Of a stretch of 64,000 nt of DNA, positions 1 to 7,988 are shown piece by piece. This stretch comes from a virus (Duplodnaviria > Caudoviricetes), in the IMG/VR virus record IMGVR_UViG_3300050509_000221, positions 1 to 64,000 of that record. One strand, 5' to 3'. The notes under the pieces are model-generated. The model saw only the letters and a list, made by a program, of their open reading frames with translations, did not search any database and was not told where the DNA came from. The number at the start of each line of letters is the position of its first letter. Within the stretch, counting starts at the first letter, position 1. The position numbers and the translations under genes were made by a program.

Positions 1-184
1 GCGCGTCGTTCGCGGTGATCGCCGCCGAGTTGATGATCCGGTTGGCGCACGCGAGGCGATCGGACCATGCGTCGCCGTTCACCCACGACAGCGCGGTCAT
101 CGTGCATGCGGTCTGTTCGCCGTCGCCCTGACCGGCGATGAGGTCGAACTTCGCGAGTGCTTCGTCGATGGTGTGAGCGGTCAT
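1..184 (-). CDS. N-terminus of pentapeptide-repeat family protein (partial, homolog of 53823-54431)
   Basis: [27 protein letters not shown]..., 199/203 nt identical to 54248-54450. Confidence 0.85.
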   Translation of the reverse strand, partial: MTAHTIDEALAKFDLIAGQGDGEQTACTMTALSWVNGDAWSDRLACANRIINSAAITANDA

Positions 185-465
185 CAGTTCGTCTCCTGGT
201 GGTCTGGGACGCGCGGGTTTGATTGCTCGATCCGTACGACTCGCACCGATCGATACCGGCGGTTCGTACACACGGCGAACGTCGTCTCTCGGTTCGCGCC
301 GTAACCACTGTGGAGGAACAGCGCCATCTCCACGATCGACTCCGTCGCGAGTGGCGCGCGACAACGTGGGCACTCGTCACGATCGCGTGGTACCAGCGCG
401 CGACACTTCGACACCGGCGCACGCTCGGCGCGTTCCACGTCGATCAGCCGCAGGCGCGTGCTCAC
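184..465 (-). CDS. Hypothetical protein
   Basis: GTGA overlap with the upstream stop and TGATG overlap with the downstream start. Confidence 0.55.
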   Translation of the reverse strand: MSTRLRLIDVERAERAPVSKCRALVPRDRDECPRCRAPLATESIVEMALFLHSGYGANRETTFAVCTNRRYRSVRVVRIEQSNPRVPDHQETN

Positions 466-1043
466 GCTGCCCCTCCCGTCGAATCCCCTGTGGTTGTGTC
501 CGCACTTCCCCGAGCAGCCACAAACACAGGGAGACCCACACCACCCAACGCGTCGATCAACGACTGAGCGGCTTCCATGTCGGACCCCGACGCAGCGATG
601 CACAGCGCGGCGAGCGCGTCAGGGTCAATCAGCGCGATGAGGGGCTTGTCGTCCGACGAGAGCAACAGCGCGCCGGGACGTTGACGGTCCGCGCGAACGC
701 GGGCCATCTTCTCGCCCACGTCTTTGCGTGCGAGATACCGCTCGAGTGGTTCCACCAACACGCGTGCGCTGGTTTCCTCAACCGCGAGGACCCCAGACAG
801 GTCGTAGCCACGGTGACGGCCCGACCCTGGTGTCGGCGTAAGCCCCGACTTCTTCCCGAAGCGACGGACCCGCTTGCGTTCCGCTTTGCCGTACCCGCCG
901 GCCATGCACTCGCGACACGTGCATTCGCGGGTGTGCATCCCCGACTTCCATGCCTTCGGACGTGGGCGGCCCTCACCACAGTTCGCGTCGGAACACGCGC
1001 AGACGACAAGGGCCTTGAAGTTCGGTGTCACTTCGACGGTCAC
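462..1043 (-). CDS. Hypothetical protein with Cys-rich N-terminus
   Basis: CxC/CxCxxC clusters; coupled to neighbours. Confidence 0.65.
   Translation of the reverse strand: MTVEVTPNFKALVVCACSDANCGEGRPRPKAWKSGMHTRECTCRECMAGGYGKAERKRVRRFGKKSGLTPTPGSGRHRGYDLSGVLAVEETSARVLVEPLERYLARKDVGEKMARVRADRQRPGALLLSSDDKPLIALIDPDALAALCIAASGSDMEAAQSLIDALGGVGLPVFVAARGSADTTTGDSTGGAA
486..531. repeat. 46-bp hairpin element, copy 1 (copy 2 at 54658-54703)
   Basis: CCCTGTGGTTGTG...CACAAACACAGGG, 12/13-bp stem. Confidence 0.8.
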
Positions 1044-1381
1044 GACGCGCGCCGTTCACTCGCGCAGACCAGCGATGTCCAGATCGGCTTCTCACTCAGG
1101 TGACTTCTGACGGACGGCTTCGAACGCCCCGACTTTGCCATGAGGCCACGGTTCGTGGCCTTCTTGAACAACGGGCCAAGCGCGCGCATCTCGCGTGGTT
1201 CGGGCATCCCCGCGGCCCACAGATCATCGACGTGCATCTCTGCGTGGGCGCGTAGGTAGGCCTCGAGGAACGCGTACGCCTCGTCGGTCCAGCCGATCGG
1301 TGCGTGTTCCTCGACCGCGACGAGAGCTTCGTCGCGTGCCTGTTCCGCGGCGGTGAACAAGTCGAGCGTCTCGACAGTCAC
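1040..1381 (-). CDS. Hypothetical protein, possible winged-helix
   Basis: Typical phage early gene composition; overlapping start/stop codons. Confidence 0.65.
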   Translation of the reverse strand: MTVETLDLFTAAEQARDEALVAVEEHAPIGWTDEAYAFLEAYLRAHAEMHVDDLWAAGMPEPREMRALGPLFKKATNRGLMAKSGRSKPSVRSHLSEKPIWTSLVCASERRAS

Positions 1382-1575
1382 GCCGAGGCCCGTTCGATCA
1401 GCGCGCCGACCATCGCGGCTGGGATCAGCAGCGTGGCTGTCATCCCGTCACGTACGTAGAACACGACGCCGAGCACGACCCACCCCGCCGCGGTCAACAG
1501 ACACGCGGCAGTGCGGCGAGGCTCGACCAGTTCGCGCCACCACGACGATCTCTGACCGGACGGTCGAGGGTTCAC
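1378..1575 (-). CDS. Small membrane protein
   Basis: Two hydrophobic segments; GTGA coupling. Confidence 0.5.
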   Translation of the reverse strand: MNPRPSGQRSSWWRELVEPRRTAACLLTAAGWVVLGVVFYVRDGMTATLLIPAAMVGALIERASA

Positions 1576-1697
1576 CGTTGCTCCCGATCGAGGCGACGGG
1601 CACTGACGAGCCACACGCCGATCAGGACGGCAACACCAACGGTGGCGCACACGAACCAGAACGGCAACGCGTCGACACGCGCCAGGAACCAAGTCAT
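1572..1697 (-). CDS. Small single-TM protein (41 aa)
   Basis: MTWFLARVDALPFWFVCATVGVAVLIGVWLV; ATGA/GTGA coupling on both sides. Confidence 0.5.
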   Translation of the reverse strand: MTWFLARVDALPFWFVCATVGVAVLIGVWLVSARRLDREQR

Positions 1698-1864
1698 CGG
1701 TGTCCTGTTGTGGTGCGACGCAAGAGCTCGCGCCGTTCGGCCCACTCACACAGGCCGCCATCGACGGGCCGGGTGCGGGCCCGCCACGCCCGGTACTGAC
1801 GGACCCGCAACGGCGGGTCGAGCACCAGACCGACAGCCATCGCCGCGAACAGGCCGGCGATCAC
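1694..1864 (-). CDS. Small membrane protein
   Basis: Hydrophobic N-terminus; GTGA coupling. Confidence 0.45.
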   Translation of the reverse strand: MIAGLFAAMAVGLVLDPPLRVRQYRAWRARTRPVDGGLCEWAERRELLRRTTTGHR

Positions 1865-2340
1865 GCTGCTCTCCCAACAGCAGCGAGCGCGACGTGGCCG
1901 AGACCGCGGGGCACCAGCCGGGAACGAGCAACCGCGACACCATGCGCACGGAACGCACCCGCAAGTCGACGCCCCGCGTCGAGGCCCAGCACAGCGCAGA
2001 CGATCTCGAGGTACCGGGCGGCGAACACGGGCCCGTGCCCGGCATCGCCGGGTGCGAGCGTCACGTGGGCGAGTTCGTGACAGACCGTCAGTTCGGTCCA
2101 CGCCCACGCGGGGAGCGTGACGAAGTGTCCCCGGGCGGGATGCCACCCCGCGGTGCCGACCGTGTCGAGGGTGCCGATGACAGCCACGAACGGCGGGAAG
2201 TCGTTGTCTGCCCACCAGTCGGTGCTGGTGAGGGCGTCGATGTAGGCGCGGAGCTCGAGGAGGGTGACGAACCGTTCGCCTCGTTCGACTGCTAGCTCGG
2301 CGCGGTAGAGGCGTCGAGCTTCCAACTCTCGGGGAAGCAC
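1861..2340 (-). CDS. HExxH metallohydrolase (SprT/TIGR04338-like)
   Basis: TVCHELAH ... HGPVFAARYL motif. Confidence 0.75.
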   Translation of the reverse strand: MLPRELEARRLYRAELAVERGERFVTLLELRAYIDALTSTDWWADNDFPPFVAVIGTLDTVGTAGWHPARGHFVTLPAWAWTELTVCHELAHVTLAPGDAGHGPVFAARYLEIVCAVLGLDAGRRLAGAFRAHGVAVARSRLVPRGLGHVALAAVGRAA

Positions 2341-2382
2341 GCCGTCACTCTAACTGATTTACTCGTGAGCGTCAAGTGGGCG

Positions 2383-3156
2383 TCATCCGTTGGCTGCGGC
2401 GTTGCGGATGCGGTCCTCGTCGGAGGGTCCCTCACCGTCGGGGGCAAGGTCAGGCAGGTGGACCTTGGTCGGCATCGCGAGGCCTTCCACGGACGGCTCG
2501 GCAGGGCTGAGGACGATCTTCGCTGCGCCAGTGGGACCACCGAACGACCAGCCGACCGTGGATCCTGGGTGGAGCTTCCCGAGCTTCCCGAGGCGAGCGA
2601 CGATCAGCTCGGGGGCGAAGTGAACCTCGGTCGTGGTGTGTGACGTCCAGGTGTCCCACAGGTGCCGCCAGTCGGGCCAGTCACCCTCGTAGAGCGGCAG
2701 AGTCAAGAGCTCCTGGTCGGGGACGTCGAAGATCGCGCACTGCCGCTCGAACCCGACGAACGACGGTTCGATGTCGACGCGGGGGTCGGGGCCGATGGAG
2801 ACCCGCACGTCGTAGGGCGGGGCATCCTTCGCGGTGGCGAGAGCGAGCATGTGTCGCATGAGGCCGGCGCCACGCCCGTAGACGTCGAGCGCGACCGCCC
2901 GGCGAGATGGGGCTTCGTCGAGGTCGGGTTCGGGGGCGTCACCAGCACCGACCCAGGACCGCAGCAGCATGTAGCTGTCGGTCGCGACGAGGCGGACGCC
3001 ACGCTCGAAGAACTCGATGTTGATGCCGGTCAGGGCTGGGCGGGCCTCGTCGGTGCTGCGGGCGAGCGCGACGGACAGCCAGCCACGCGCGATGTGTTCC
3101 GCGTCGAACGTGAGGGCGTCGCTCTCAGGTGCTTCCTGGTCCAGGGTCGCGGTCAT
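2383..3156 (-). CDS. DNA polymerase III beta-clamp-like protein (shortened, 257 aa)
   Basis: STDEARPALTGINIE...LVATDSYML resembles the DnaN central-domain motif. Confidence 0.65.
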   Translation of the reverse strand: MTATLDQEAPESDALTFDAEHIARGWLSVALARSTDEARPALTGINIEFFERGVRLVATDSYMLLRSWVGAGDAPEPDLDEAPSRRAVALDVYGRGAGLMRHMLALATAKDAPPYDVRVSIGPDPRVDIEPSFVGFERQCAIFDVPDQELLTLPLYEGDWPDWRHLWDTWTSHTTTEVHFAPELIVARLGKLGKLHPGSTVGWSFGGPTGAAKIVLSPAEPSVEGLAMPTKVHLPDLAPDGEGPSDEDRIRNAAANG

Positions 3157-3430
3157 TGCCGGCCTCCTCGTTTCGACGTGCAGGAGAGCCAGGCTTGGGA
3201 GACGCCGCCGCCTTCGGAGGGTCGGCGATGATCTGGAAGATGCGCTTGTCGGACCGGTCGATCCACTCGGCCAACTGGCCTGGTGTCGCACCATCGGCGT
3301 GGAGCTCGCGGACCAGCCGGTGCTGCTTGGCGACGAGACGCTCACGCGCTGGTCCCAGCAGTTCGGTCAGTTCGCGAAGCTCGACCACGCGAGGGTCGCT
3401 CGAGTCGATCGGTTGCGGCTTCACCAGCAC
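3125..3430 (-). CDS. Small HTH DNA-binding protein
   Basis: ELHADGATPGQLAEWIDRSDKRIFQII helix-turn-helix pattern; two operators directly upstream. Confidence 0.65.
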   Translation of the reverse strand: MLVKPQPIDSSDPRVVELRELTELLGPARERLVAKQHRLVRELHADGATPGQLAEWIDRSDKRIFQIIADPPKAAASPKPGSPARRNEEAGNDRDPGPGST

Positions 3431-3457
3431 GGAATCTAGCGTCCTCGACAGCTTGGC

Positions 3458-3488
3458 TCTAGGTCGCTAGAGGTTCTAACGGGTTAGA
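3458..3488. promoter_or_regulatory. Tandem TCTA-N6-TAGA operators (3458-3471, 3475-3488)
   Basis: TCTAGGTCGCTAGA and TCTAACGGGTTAGA in an intergenic gap. Confidence 0.8.
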
Positions 3489-3552
3489 CCCGGATGCTCA
3501 GGGACTCGCTCGCCGGGCTGGTCAGGCGATGTCGCGTCGTTCCTTCCAGGCA

Positions 3553-4206
3553 TCATCGGGTGCCGGTGTCGTGGGTGGCGTCATCCGTTCCGGTGGCGCG
3601 ATCTTCCCCTTCGCGCGCGCAAGTTCGCGAAGCGCCAACACCCGAGATGCCAGCTCGGCCGAGGTGGGCGCGGAGGGTTCCGAGCTTGTCTGGTCCTCGG
3701 GCCCATTCGGGCGGTGGGGCTGCATCATCTGAATCCTCGATCGACTCTGGAGAGAATTCTGCCCTCTGGAGGCCCTCCGGATTGGGGCTTTGACCTGCGG
3801 AAACGCTGACCATGAGCGGACGGGGCCGTCCCGCGGATCGGACGGTGACGTCCGACGATCGGACGCCAGGGACCAACGCCAAGGCAGGTCGGACGGTGAC
3901 GTCCGATGGCGGGTCGAACTCGAGCACCCACCGGTCGACCTGCGTTGGGCGGATCGCGCCGACCGCGGCGAGCACCGCGAGGGTGCGGCGCACCGACCGT
4001 TCTGTCACCCCCAGCACGTCAGCGACATCGCGGCGTCGGCCCGGGTCGAGGCGGGCTTCTCCCGTCCGGTAGTCGGCGTGGCGGGCAGCCACGGCAGCGA
4101 ACACGGCCACGGCTGTCGCCGGCGACACGCCAGGGCGGTCCTCGGGCGCAAGGGCACCGAGGGCCTCCAGGAGCCACTCGGGTACACGGGCGAAGCGGGC
4201 GGTCAT
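3553..4206 (-). CDS. Putative replication initiator (wHTH)
   Basis: RRDVADVLGVTERSVRRTLAVL HTH; internal DNA repeats; 3' end uncertain. Confidence 0.6.
   Translation of the reverse strand: MTARFARVPEWLLEALGALAPEDRPGVSPATAVAVFAAVAARHADYRTGEARLDPGRRRDVADVLGVTERSVRRTLAVLAAVGAIRPTQVDRWVLEFDPPSDVTVRPALALVPGVRSSDVTVRSAGRPRPLMVSVSAGQSPNPEGLQRAEFSPESIEDSDDAAPPPEWARGPDKLGTLRAHLGRAGISGVGASRTCAREGEDRATGTDDATHDTGTR
3838..3906. repeat. Two perfect 18-bp palindromic direct repeats (candidate ori iterons)
   Basis: TCGGACGGTGACGTCCGA at 3838-3855 and 3889-3906. Confidence 0.7.
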
Positions 4207-4364
4207 GCCACCCGGCGTTCGAGATCCTCGAGGGCCGTGCAGCCGCACCGCGTCGCGCCATCGCGTGCCCAGCATGGGATGGCATCCCCGATAGTCGTGG
4301 TCTGCGTGACGATGTTCTCGCGGTGACGGACCTCGTCGTGGCCGCAGCGTCGACAGCGCCTCAC
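4203..4364 (-). CDS. Small Cys-rich protein (53 aa)
   Basis: CxxC...C...CxC; GTGA and ATGA overlaps. Confidence 0.5.
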   Translation of the reverse strand: MRRCRRCGHDEVRHRENIVTQTTTIGDAIPCWARDGATRCGCTALEDLERRVA

Positions 4365-4660
4365 CCGGTGAACCTCGGCACGGCACCCATCGGCGACGGC
4401 GCAGGTACAGCCTCGTCAGGTACCGGCTCCGCGACTGGCTGGCCGCACGATCCCACCGCGAGACAGTCGATCGTCTCCTGCTCCACGCGACCCTGACCGC
4501 CGTCGTCACCACCAGGACAGAACCCGTGGAGCTCCTGCCCGGCGTCGCACTGGCCGGCCGGGTCGAACTCCGCCGCGTGCGTCGCCCGGTACGTCCACAG
4601 CAGCAACGCGAGGACCAGCAACGCGCAGGTCGCCAACCGTCGCCAGTCGTGTCGGGTCAC
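4361..4660 (-). CDS. Small secreted or membrane-anchored protein
   Basis: N-terminal hydrophobic helix, four downstream Cys, Pro-rich tail. Confidence 0.55.
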   Translation of the reverse strand: MTRHDWRRLATCALLVLALLLWTYRATHAAEFDPAGQCDAGQELHGFCPGGDDGGQGRVEQETIDCLAVGSCGQPVAEPVPDEAVPAPSPMGAVPRFTG

Positions 4661-4803
4661 GGTTCGTCCCCCTCGTCGCGGTCGTTGTGGATCAGGTGAG
4701 GGCCACCACACGTGCATGACACAACGACCGCGCGTGCGTCTGCCTGGTTGTCGGCTGGTGTGTCGTCGCCCGTCGCGAGACACGTGACGGTGAGGTCATT
4801 CAC
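4657..4803 (-). CDS. Small hypothetical protein
   Basis: GTGA coupling on both sides. Confidence 0.45.
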   Translation of the reverse strand: MNDLTVTCLATGDDTPADNQADARAVVVSCTCGGPHLIHNDRDEGDEP

Positions 4804-5720
4804 GCGCTTCGCAGCGTGGGCTGCTCCCCCTCCGCGTCGGCGGCCTGTGGCGAGACGCGCGCGGCGACCCACTCCTGCGCCTCGGTCAAGCGCGAAGCCA
4901 GCAGGAACTCGGGGCGGCCGAACTGATCGAGGAACGCCTCCTTGGCCTTCACCTTCTCGCCTCGATCGGCGATCGTGTTGAGCTGCTCGACCATCGCGTC
5001 CACTGCCGCCCGCTCCGCGACCGGCTCGCCACCGGCGAGCCATTCCTTGTAGACGGTCGCGAACTCCTCAGCGTGTCCCGCGGTGAAGATCCGACCGACT
5101 GGCACTGCGTTGGTGCGCGACTTCCCGACCTGGAGCGCGTGCTGCATGTCGATCTCGATGGAGACGTTGACCTCGTACTCGAAGTCGTCGTCCTGTTGCG
5201 GGGCCATGCCGAGCTTGACGACCCTGATCTTGCCGTCCGCACCGACCTCTTGCGCGTGGTCCATGCGCGATCGGCAGCACGCGACGACATGGCAGTCCGC
5301 CTCGAGGATCGCCTCGGTGACATCGACCTGCGCCGGGCGCGCGTCCTTCCATCCCGTGAACTTCCCGTTGGCGATGTCGAGCGTGCCGCCGGCGCCGCGC
5401 CAGAAGTGCGTGAAGCTGTCGATGATGACGACGTCGTACGAGTCGCCGGCTTCCAGGAGTGTGTCGGCGAGCTCGCGTGGGTCGAACGGTGCGGACCAAC
5501 GCAGGTGCTCGAACGTGAAGAGGTCGGCGTAGGTGAGCGCCGATTCCTTCTCCGTGTCGACGACAAGGATGCGACCGTCCGGTCCGCCGAGCACCTCGGC
5601 GATCGTCAGCGCGGTGAACGTCTTGCCCGCGCCAGAGGGTCCGCCGAGGAGCATCTTGCCGTGCATCGCCGGGCGGATCGCCGCGCGGGCCTGCGTGAGC
5701 CTCGATTTCTTGGGTGCCAT
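4800..5720 (-). CDS. AAA_24 / Sak4-like ATPase (phage recombination)
   Basis: Walker A GPSGAGKT, Walker B VVIIDS; next to a Gam-like gene. Confidence 0.85.
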   Translation of the reverse strand: MAPKKSRLTQARAAIRPAMHGKMLLGGPSGAGKTFTALTIAEVLGGPDGRILVVDTEKESALTYADLFTFEHLRWSAPFDPRELADTLLEAGDSYDVVIIDSFTHFWRGAGGTLDIANGKFTGWKDARPAQVDVTEAILEADCHVVACCRSRMDHAQEVGADGKIRVVKLGMAPQQDDDFEYEVNVSIEIDMQHALQVGKSRTNAVPVGRIFTAGHAEEFATVYKEWLAGGEPVAERAAVDAMVEQLNTIADRGEKVKAKEAFLDQFGRPEFLLASRLTEAQEWVAARVSPQAADAEGEQPTLRSA

Positions 5721-5729
5721 GGGTCCTCC

Positions 5730-6332
5730 TCAGAGACGGGCGGTGTCATCGCCGTGGATCGACACCTCGAACTTCGGGTCTCGGCTTGTGACGGTCACGC
5801 CCGGTGGCGTCTCCCCGTCTTCGGTGACACCAAAAGCGATGGCGCGACCCTTGCCGTCGCGGCGTGTCAGCGCGTTCTTCGCTTCGGCCTTGTCGATCTC
5901 AGGGTCCGGGGCAGGCGGGTAACGCACCGCTTCGGGCGCATGGTCACGCGCCCACGCGATGAACGCTTCGTCGTCGAACTCCCACACCGGCTGCTGTGCC
6001 CGTGACGTGAGCGTCCCGTTGGGCAGCTCAATCGTCTTCGCCTTCGGGTTCTTCGCGAGGACCGCCGCGTGATACTGGGCAAGCTGGCCGGTGTGGTACT
6101 CGATCGCGCGGACGTGCTTCGCCTCCGCCGCTTCGAGCCACCGTTGCACTTGCTCGATCTGTGCTTCGGCGACTTCACGCAACGCGGCACGCTTACGGCG
6201 CTCGCGTGCCAGCCAGCCGATCGCACGGTTCGCCTCGAACGCGTCGGGGACCTCGATCGCTTCTGTCTCGTAGTCCGGCGGCTCGCCGAGCATGTCGACC
6301 TCGAGCTGTTCCCACGCATCGGCGATTGTCAT
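5730..6332 (-). CDS. Mu Gam-like host-nuclease inhibitor family protein
   Basis: Coiled coil followed by KTIELPNGTLTSR...DDEAFIAWA. Confidence 0.75.
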   Translation of the reverse strand: MTIADAWEQLEVDMLGEPPDYETEAIEVPDAFEANRAIGWLARERRKRAALREVAEAQIEQVQRWLEAAEAKHVRAIEYHTGQLAQYHAAVLAKNPKAKTIELPNGTLTSRAQQPVWEFDDEAFIAWARDHAPEAVRYPPAPDPEIDKAEAKNALTRRDGKGRAIAFGVTEDGETPPGVTVTSRDPKFEVSIHGDDTARL

Positions 6333-6553
6333 GTTCTTCCCTTCGTGTCCACGTCGACCAGTGCCCGTTCAGGCGCGCAACACTCCGGGTCGCGACACTC
6401 GCCATGCAGGCACGCCATCATCAGGTCGAACTCGTCGTCACCGACCGTCTCCTGCGCGTGTTCGTCACACATCGGGACACCGTCGATCCACCAGGCGGCG
6501 AGACGCGTACGGCGACCGGGACCGTCTGAGCACGGTTGACAACAACCCATCAT
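6329..6553 (-). CDS. Small Cys-rich hypothetical protein
   Basis: Coupled ORF. Confidence 0.5.
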   Translation of the reverse strand: MMGCCQPCSDGPGRRTRLAAWWIDGVPMCDEHAQETVGDDEFDLMMACLHGECRDPECCAPERALVDVDTKGRT

Positions 6554-6822
6554 TGGACCGCCAGCACATGCGCGTACGCCACGTCGGCACAGTGGTTCGC
6601 CAGGTCCCGCTCAGCCATCACGCGCGACACATACAGCAAGGTGCGAGCGTCGGTGAGAGTGCGCGTCGTGACTCGCCTGCCGTCCGGGCGACGACACCCC
6701 GTGTAGTAGACGCGGCCACGTCCATGACCGGTGCCGCGTTGTCGTTCGTTGCGACCGAGGACGATCACGTACCGCAGCCCACAACCGAGAACCTGGATGA
6801 CCTGCTCGCCAGCGACCGCCAT
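6550..6822 (-). CDS. Hypothetical protein
   Basis: Coupled ORF. Confidence 0.5.
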   Translation of the reverse strand: MAVAGEQVIQVLGCGLRYVIVLGRNERQRGTGHGRGRVYYTGCRRPDGRRVTTRTLTDARTLLYVSRVMAERDLANHCADVAYAHVLAVQ

Positions 6823-7016
6823 CAGACATCCGCCCCTGCTGCGGCGAGCAACGCGAACGCGACTTCCTGACGGAGTTGAAGGCGATGCTCACGCGCCCGG
6901 TCGGCCTGCACCGGGGAACGGAACCCGCCAGTGCGGTGCGCGTGGTCGATCGCGGTGATGGCCGCTTCGGCCTGTTCGATCGACGTCGGGACCAGCAACG
7001 TGTCGGAGTACGCCAT
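6822..7016 (-). CDS. Hypothetical protein
   Basis: TGATG coupling. Confidence 0.5.
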   Translation of the reverse strand: MAYSDTLLVPTSIEQAEAAITAIDHAHRTGGFRSPVQADRAREHRLQLRQEVAFALLAAAGADV

Positions 7017-7240
7017 CACGTCACCTGCGCCGCGGCGAACAACGCGGCCGGCTCGAGCAGCTCGGCGGTGGTAAACCCGAGCGCCCGGGCCGTGGCACGA
7101 ACGTGGGACGCGCCGAACGACGCGATCCACAGTGCGAGCTCGGCCGGGTTGTCATGCGCGTCGATCAACGCGGCGGCCTCGTCGGGCTGATCGTTGACGA
7201 CGAGGGTGAGGACCGCGATGGCGTCCTGTTGGACGGTCAC
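7016..7240 (-). CDS. Hypothetical protein
   Basis: Coupled ORF. Confidence 0.55.
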   Translation of the reverse strand: MTVQQDAIAVLTLVVNDQPDEAAALIDAHDNPAELALWIASFGASHVRATARALGFTTAELLEPAALFAAAQVT

Positions 7241-7491
7241 GACCGCCCCTTGAGCACCGCAGCGCGGAGCGCATGGCGGGTTGCGTCGCGGTCTGCGAGC
7301 AGTTCACACACCCGATCCCAGGTGTCCTGTGATGGGAGCTTCACCCCAGCGACCGCGGCGGCGTCCATGCGTGCGGAGTGCGGCAAGTCACGTGCGACAT
7401 CAGCGGGGACCTCGAACACGTCGAGGACGTCCGCGAGCGCCACGGCTTTCCGTTCGCGTGCGGCGACCTCATGGCCGTTGACGATCGTCAC
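7237..7491 (-). CDS. Hypothetical protein
   Basis: GTGA coupling. Confidence 0.55.
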   Translation of the reverse strand: MTIVNGHEVAARERKAVALADVLDVFEVPADVARDLPHSARMDAAAVAGVKLPSQDTWDRVCELLADRDATRHALRAAVLKGRS

Positions 7492-7895
7492 GGTGTCGCC
7501 CGACCAGCCACCACACGTGCGGCTTCTTCGGCCGCGCCGTGGGCGTCGTCTTCGTCGCGGGCGAAGAGCCACGCGTCGGCGTCTTGGAACGAGTCGAACG
7601 CGAGCGGCGAGTAGAGCGGGTCGCCCGTCTCCACGTCACACGGGTCCTCGGGGACCTTCGGCAGGAAGTCGTCGAGACCGCGACGCAACGCCGCGACGCT
7701 GTCGAAGTGCCAGATGCCCGCACCGTCAGGGCCGTCGCAACACAGGCAGCGCAACTCCCCGGCCTCGAAGAGGTGCACGCGGCATGCCGGACAGGTCGCG
7801 TCGTACTGGGCGTACGTGCCGTCGTCGTTGGCGTCGTAGCCGCACTGGTCGGCGTGGACAGGCGGGAGGGGAAGTAGCGTCGTGCTCATCGCCAT
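7488..7895 (-). CDS. Hypothetical protein with Cys clusters; first gene of early operon
   Basis: RBS GGAAGG; downstream of promoter 7960-7988. Confidence 0.6.
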   Translation of the reverse strand: MAMSTTLLPLPPVHADQCGYDANDDGTYAQYDATCPACRVHLFEAGELRCLCCDGPDGAGIWHFDSVAALRRGLDDFLPKVPEDPCDVETGDPLYSPLAFDSFQDADAWLFARDEDDAHGAAEEAARVVAGRATP

Positions 7896-7959
7896 CGGGT
7901 CCTTCCGGTGGTGGTCGTGCTCCCGGCTGCTACCAACAGCGCGGGAGCCTGCACCAGCA

Positions 7960-7988
7960 ACTCTAGCCGATTAGAGCCGGCGAGTCAA
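7960..7988 (-). promoter_or_regulatory. Sigma-A-type promoter with overlapping operator (7962-7975)
   Basis: TTGACT-17-TAGAGT on the minus strand; TCTAGCCGATTAGA overlaps the -10. Confidence 0.8.

Noticed and set aside
1-203. Near-identical repeat with 54248-54450 as a DGR template/variable pair
   Set aside because: No reverse transcriptase in the window; the 4 mismatches are clustered and not adenine-specific; the repeat is a gene 5' end shared by two phages.
2348-2361. Ninth operator TCTAACTGATTTAC
   Set aside because: Right half-site deviates at several positions; not counted.
3522-3728. Separate gene MMQPHRP...
   Set aside because: Overlaps the initiator ORF by 176 nt in another frame; I could not decide which 3' reading is real.
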